A stretch of DNA of 64,000 bases from Kiloniellaceae bacterium (GTDB lineage: Bacteria > Pseudomonadota > Alphaproteobacteria > Kiloniellales > J153), in contig JAJFGL010000016.1 in the NCBI GenBank assembly GCA_021776135.1, forward strand, positions 30,922-94,921. The letters run 5' to 3'. The translations under genes were made by a program, and so were the position numbers. Below, one piece after another: positions 62,120 to 64,000 of the stretch (positions within the stretch are counted from its first letter, which is position 1; every line of letters begins with the position of its first letter). Under the pieces are notes generated by a model that was not told the DNA's origin, ran no database searches, and saw nothing but the letters and a program-made list of their open reading frames with translations.

Positions 62120-62737
62120 GTGGAACGCATCGCAAGAGGCATCGATTGGCTCGAGGAGACGCTGATCGCCGTCTTTCTCGCGCTGATGACCCTGATTACC
62201 TTCGCCAACGTCGTCGCGCGTTACGTCTTCAACGACAACATTCTCTGGGCCCTCGAGGCCACTGTTTTCCTTTTCGCCTGGCTGGTTCTCCTGGGCGCGT
62301 CCCACTGCGTCAAGATCACGGCGCACCTGGGCGTGGACGCGGTCATGAACATCGTGTCGCCCGGGCTGCGTAAGTCGCTGACCCTGCTCGCGGTGGCGTG
62401 TTGCATCGCCTTCTGCGTCCTCCTGCTCATCGGCGGCTGGAACTACTGGTGGAAGTTCGCCACCACCGCCTCCTTCCTGGAGGTGGACGACATTCCCATG
62501 CCGGACTTCCTGCAATTCCTCGCCGCTTGGATGAACGAGGGGGAGGCCTATGAAAAGCTGCCCCGCTTTATCCCCTACTTCATTCTGCCCCTCGGCTTGG
62601 CGCTTATGCTGTTTCGTTTCCTCGAGGCCGGCTGGCGGGTCGCGACCGGAAGTCAGACCCTGATCATCGCCAGCCACGAAGCCGAGGAAATGATCCACGA
62701 GGTTCATGGAGAGACCTCCCACAAGGAGGAAATCTGA
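62120..62737 (+). CDS. dctQ: TRAP transporter small permease DctQ
   Basis: GTG start after GGGGAGG. Four hydrophobic segments; position is between dctP and dctM. Confidence 0.8.
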   Translation: MERIARGIDWLEETLIAVFLALMTLITFANVVARYVFNDNILWALEATVFLFAWLVLLGASHCVKITAHLGVDAVMNIVSPGLRKSLTLLAVACCIAFCVLLLIGGWNYWWKFATTASFLEVDDIPMPDFLQFLAAWMNEGEAYEKLPRFIPYFILPLGLALMLFRFLEAGWRVATGSQTLIIASHEAEEMIHEVHGETSHKEEI

Positions 62738-62741
62738 TCCC

Positions 62742-64000
62742 ATGGAGGCGCTGCTTCTCTTCGTCATGATCATCGGCCTGCTGCTGATCGGCGTGCCCAT
62801 CGCCGTGTCCCTGGGGCTTTCCAGCATCACCTTCCTGCTGATCTATTCCGACGCCTCCCTGGCGTCGGTCGCCCAGACGCTGTTCTCGGCCTTCGACGGC
62901 CACTATACGCTGCTGGCCATTCCCTTCTTCATCCTGGCCTCTTCCTTCATGTCGACCGGCGGCGTGGCGCGGCGCATTATTCGCTTCGCCATCGCCTGCG
63001 TCGGCCACTTTCCGGGCGGCTTGGCGATTGCCGGGGTCTTCGCCTGCATGTTGTTCGCCGCCCTTAGCGGCTCCTCGCCGGCGACCGTGGACGCCATCGG
63101 CACGATCATCATCGCCGGTATGCGCCAGGTCGGCTACACCAAGGAGTTCGCCGCCGGGATCATTTGCAACGCCGGCACGCTCGGCATTTTAATCCCACCC
63201 TCGATCGTCATGGTGGTCTACGCCTCCGCGGTCGATGTATCGGTGGGGCGCATGTTCCTCGCCGGAATCATCCCCGGCCTTTTGGCCGGCTTCATGCTGA
63301 TGCTGGGAATCTACATCGTCGCGCGGGTCCGCAACCTGCCGGCGCAGGACTGGGCCGGCATCAAGGAGATCTTGCAGTCGGGCCGCGAGGCGGCCTGGGG
63401 CTTGCTGCTGATCGTCATCATCCTGGGCGGCATCTACGGCGGCGTCTTCACGCCCACGGAGGCGGCGGCGGTGGCGGCGGTCTACGCCTTCGTTATCGCG
63501 AATTTCGTCTATAAGGACATGGGGCCCTTCGCCGGAAGCGAAACTTCCGCCGGCGGTCCGCTCCGGGCCCTCTGGCTCGGCCTCAGCGTGCTCTGGCATC
63601 CGGACACCAAGCGCGCTCTCCTGGAGGCCGGCAAGCTCAGCATCATGCTGATGTTCATCATCGCCAATGCCTTGATCCTCAAACACGTCCTGACCGAGGA
63701 ACAGATCCCGCAGGCGATCGCCACGGCCATGCTGGGCGCCGGCTTCGGGCCTATCGTGTTCCTGATTATCGTCAACCTGATCCTGCTGATCGGCGGTCAG
63801 TTCATGGAACCCTCGGGGCTGATCGTGATCGTCGCGCCTTTGGTCTTCCCGATCGCCATATCCTTGGGCATCGATCCTATCCACCTTGGCATCATCATGG
63901 TGGTCAACATGGAGATCGGCATGATCACGCCGCCGGTGGGGCTCAATCTCTTCGTGACCTCGGGCGTGGCGGAGATGCCCATGATGGCCGTGGCGCGCGC
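62742..64000 (+). CDS. dctM: TRAP transporter large permease DctM (3' end truncated by the window)
   Basis: Not in the ORF track because no stop codon falls inside the window. The open frame from ATG 62742 reads MEALLLFVMIIGLLLIGVPIAVSLGLSS...LAIPFFILASSFMSTGG.... Confidence 0.85.
   Translation, partial: MEALLLFVMIIGLLLIGVPIAVSLGLSSITFLLIYSDASLASVAQTLFSAFDGHYTLLAIPFFILASSFMSTGGVARRIIRFAIACVGHFPGGLAIAGVFACMLFAALSGSSPATVDAIGTIIIAGMRQVGYTKEFAAGIICNAGTLGILIPPSIVMVVYASAVDVSVGRMFLAGIIPGLLAGFMLMLGIYIVARVRNLPAQDWAGIKEILQSGREAAWGLLLIVIILGGIYGGVFTPTEAAAVAAVYAFVIANFVYKDMGPFAGSETSAGGPLRALWLGLSVLWHPDTKRALLEAGKLSIMLMFIIANALILKHVLTEEQIPQAIATAMLGAGFGPIVFLIIVNLILLIGGQFMEPSGLIVIVAPLVFPIAISLGIDPIHLGIIMVVNMEIGMITPPVGLNLFVTSGVAEMPMMAVAR

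Overview
This is a high-GC chromosomal core segment. Gene content and order (dcw cluster, then lpxC-bamD-recN-ligA) point to an alphaproteobacterium, possibly Rhodospirillales-like; that is inference only. I support about 60 protein genes and one RNA gene (RNase P RNA). I saw no rRNA, intact tRNA, CRISPR array, transposase, integrase or phage gene.

Gene order, left to right:
- rhodanese, then an unknown bitopic membrane protein
- cobalt-type nitrile hydratase operon (alpha, beta, accessory)
- SleB-like cell-wall hydrolase
- uvrB, DinB-family protein, gloB
- lipoprotein, msrB, CaCA antiporter, SDR
- uvrC, pgsA, mobB
- moeA, moaD, a GC-rich palindromic element, moaE
- a TPR protein with atypical codon composition
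- fused hydantoinase/5-oxoprolinase plus a wHTH regulator (minus strand)
- DUF3750-like protein, djlA, EamA transporter, AmpD-like amidase, rnpB
- complete dcw cluster: mraZ-rsmH-ftsL-ftsI-murE-murF-mraY-murD-ftsW-murG-murC-murB-ddl-ftsQ-ftsA-ftsZ, with many ATGA start/stop overlaps
- lpxC, bamD, recN, ligA
- small ORF, aminopeptidase P, double-DUF1127 protein, uvrD-prmA
- a patch of poorly characterised enzymes: DddL-like cupin, Fe/2OG oxygenase, AstE/AspA-type deacylase, DUF1194
- VOC protein and a DctPQM TRAP transporter (dctM is cut by the window end)

Many long ORFs in the track are antisense shadow ORFs, which are typical of high-GC DNA, and I rejected them.

I did not find a convincing multi-gene novel system. 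The best leads are:
1. The single-gene TPR insertion at 16.5-17.8 kb, whose architecture resembles conflict-system scaffold proteins.
2. Collinear AT-rich sequence blocks shared upstream of uvrB and uvrC.
3. A 13-nt direct repeat bracketing the SleB-like gene and an AT-rich island.
4. Repeated-motif arrays in the dcw and DUF1127 promoter regions.
5. The oxygenase/deacylase/cupin patch at 56.8-60.2 kb.

All functional calls rest on motif recognition by eye. No database search was run.
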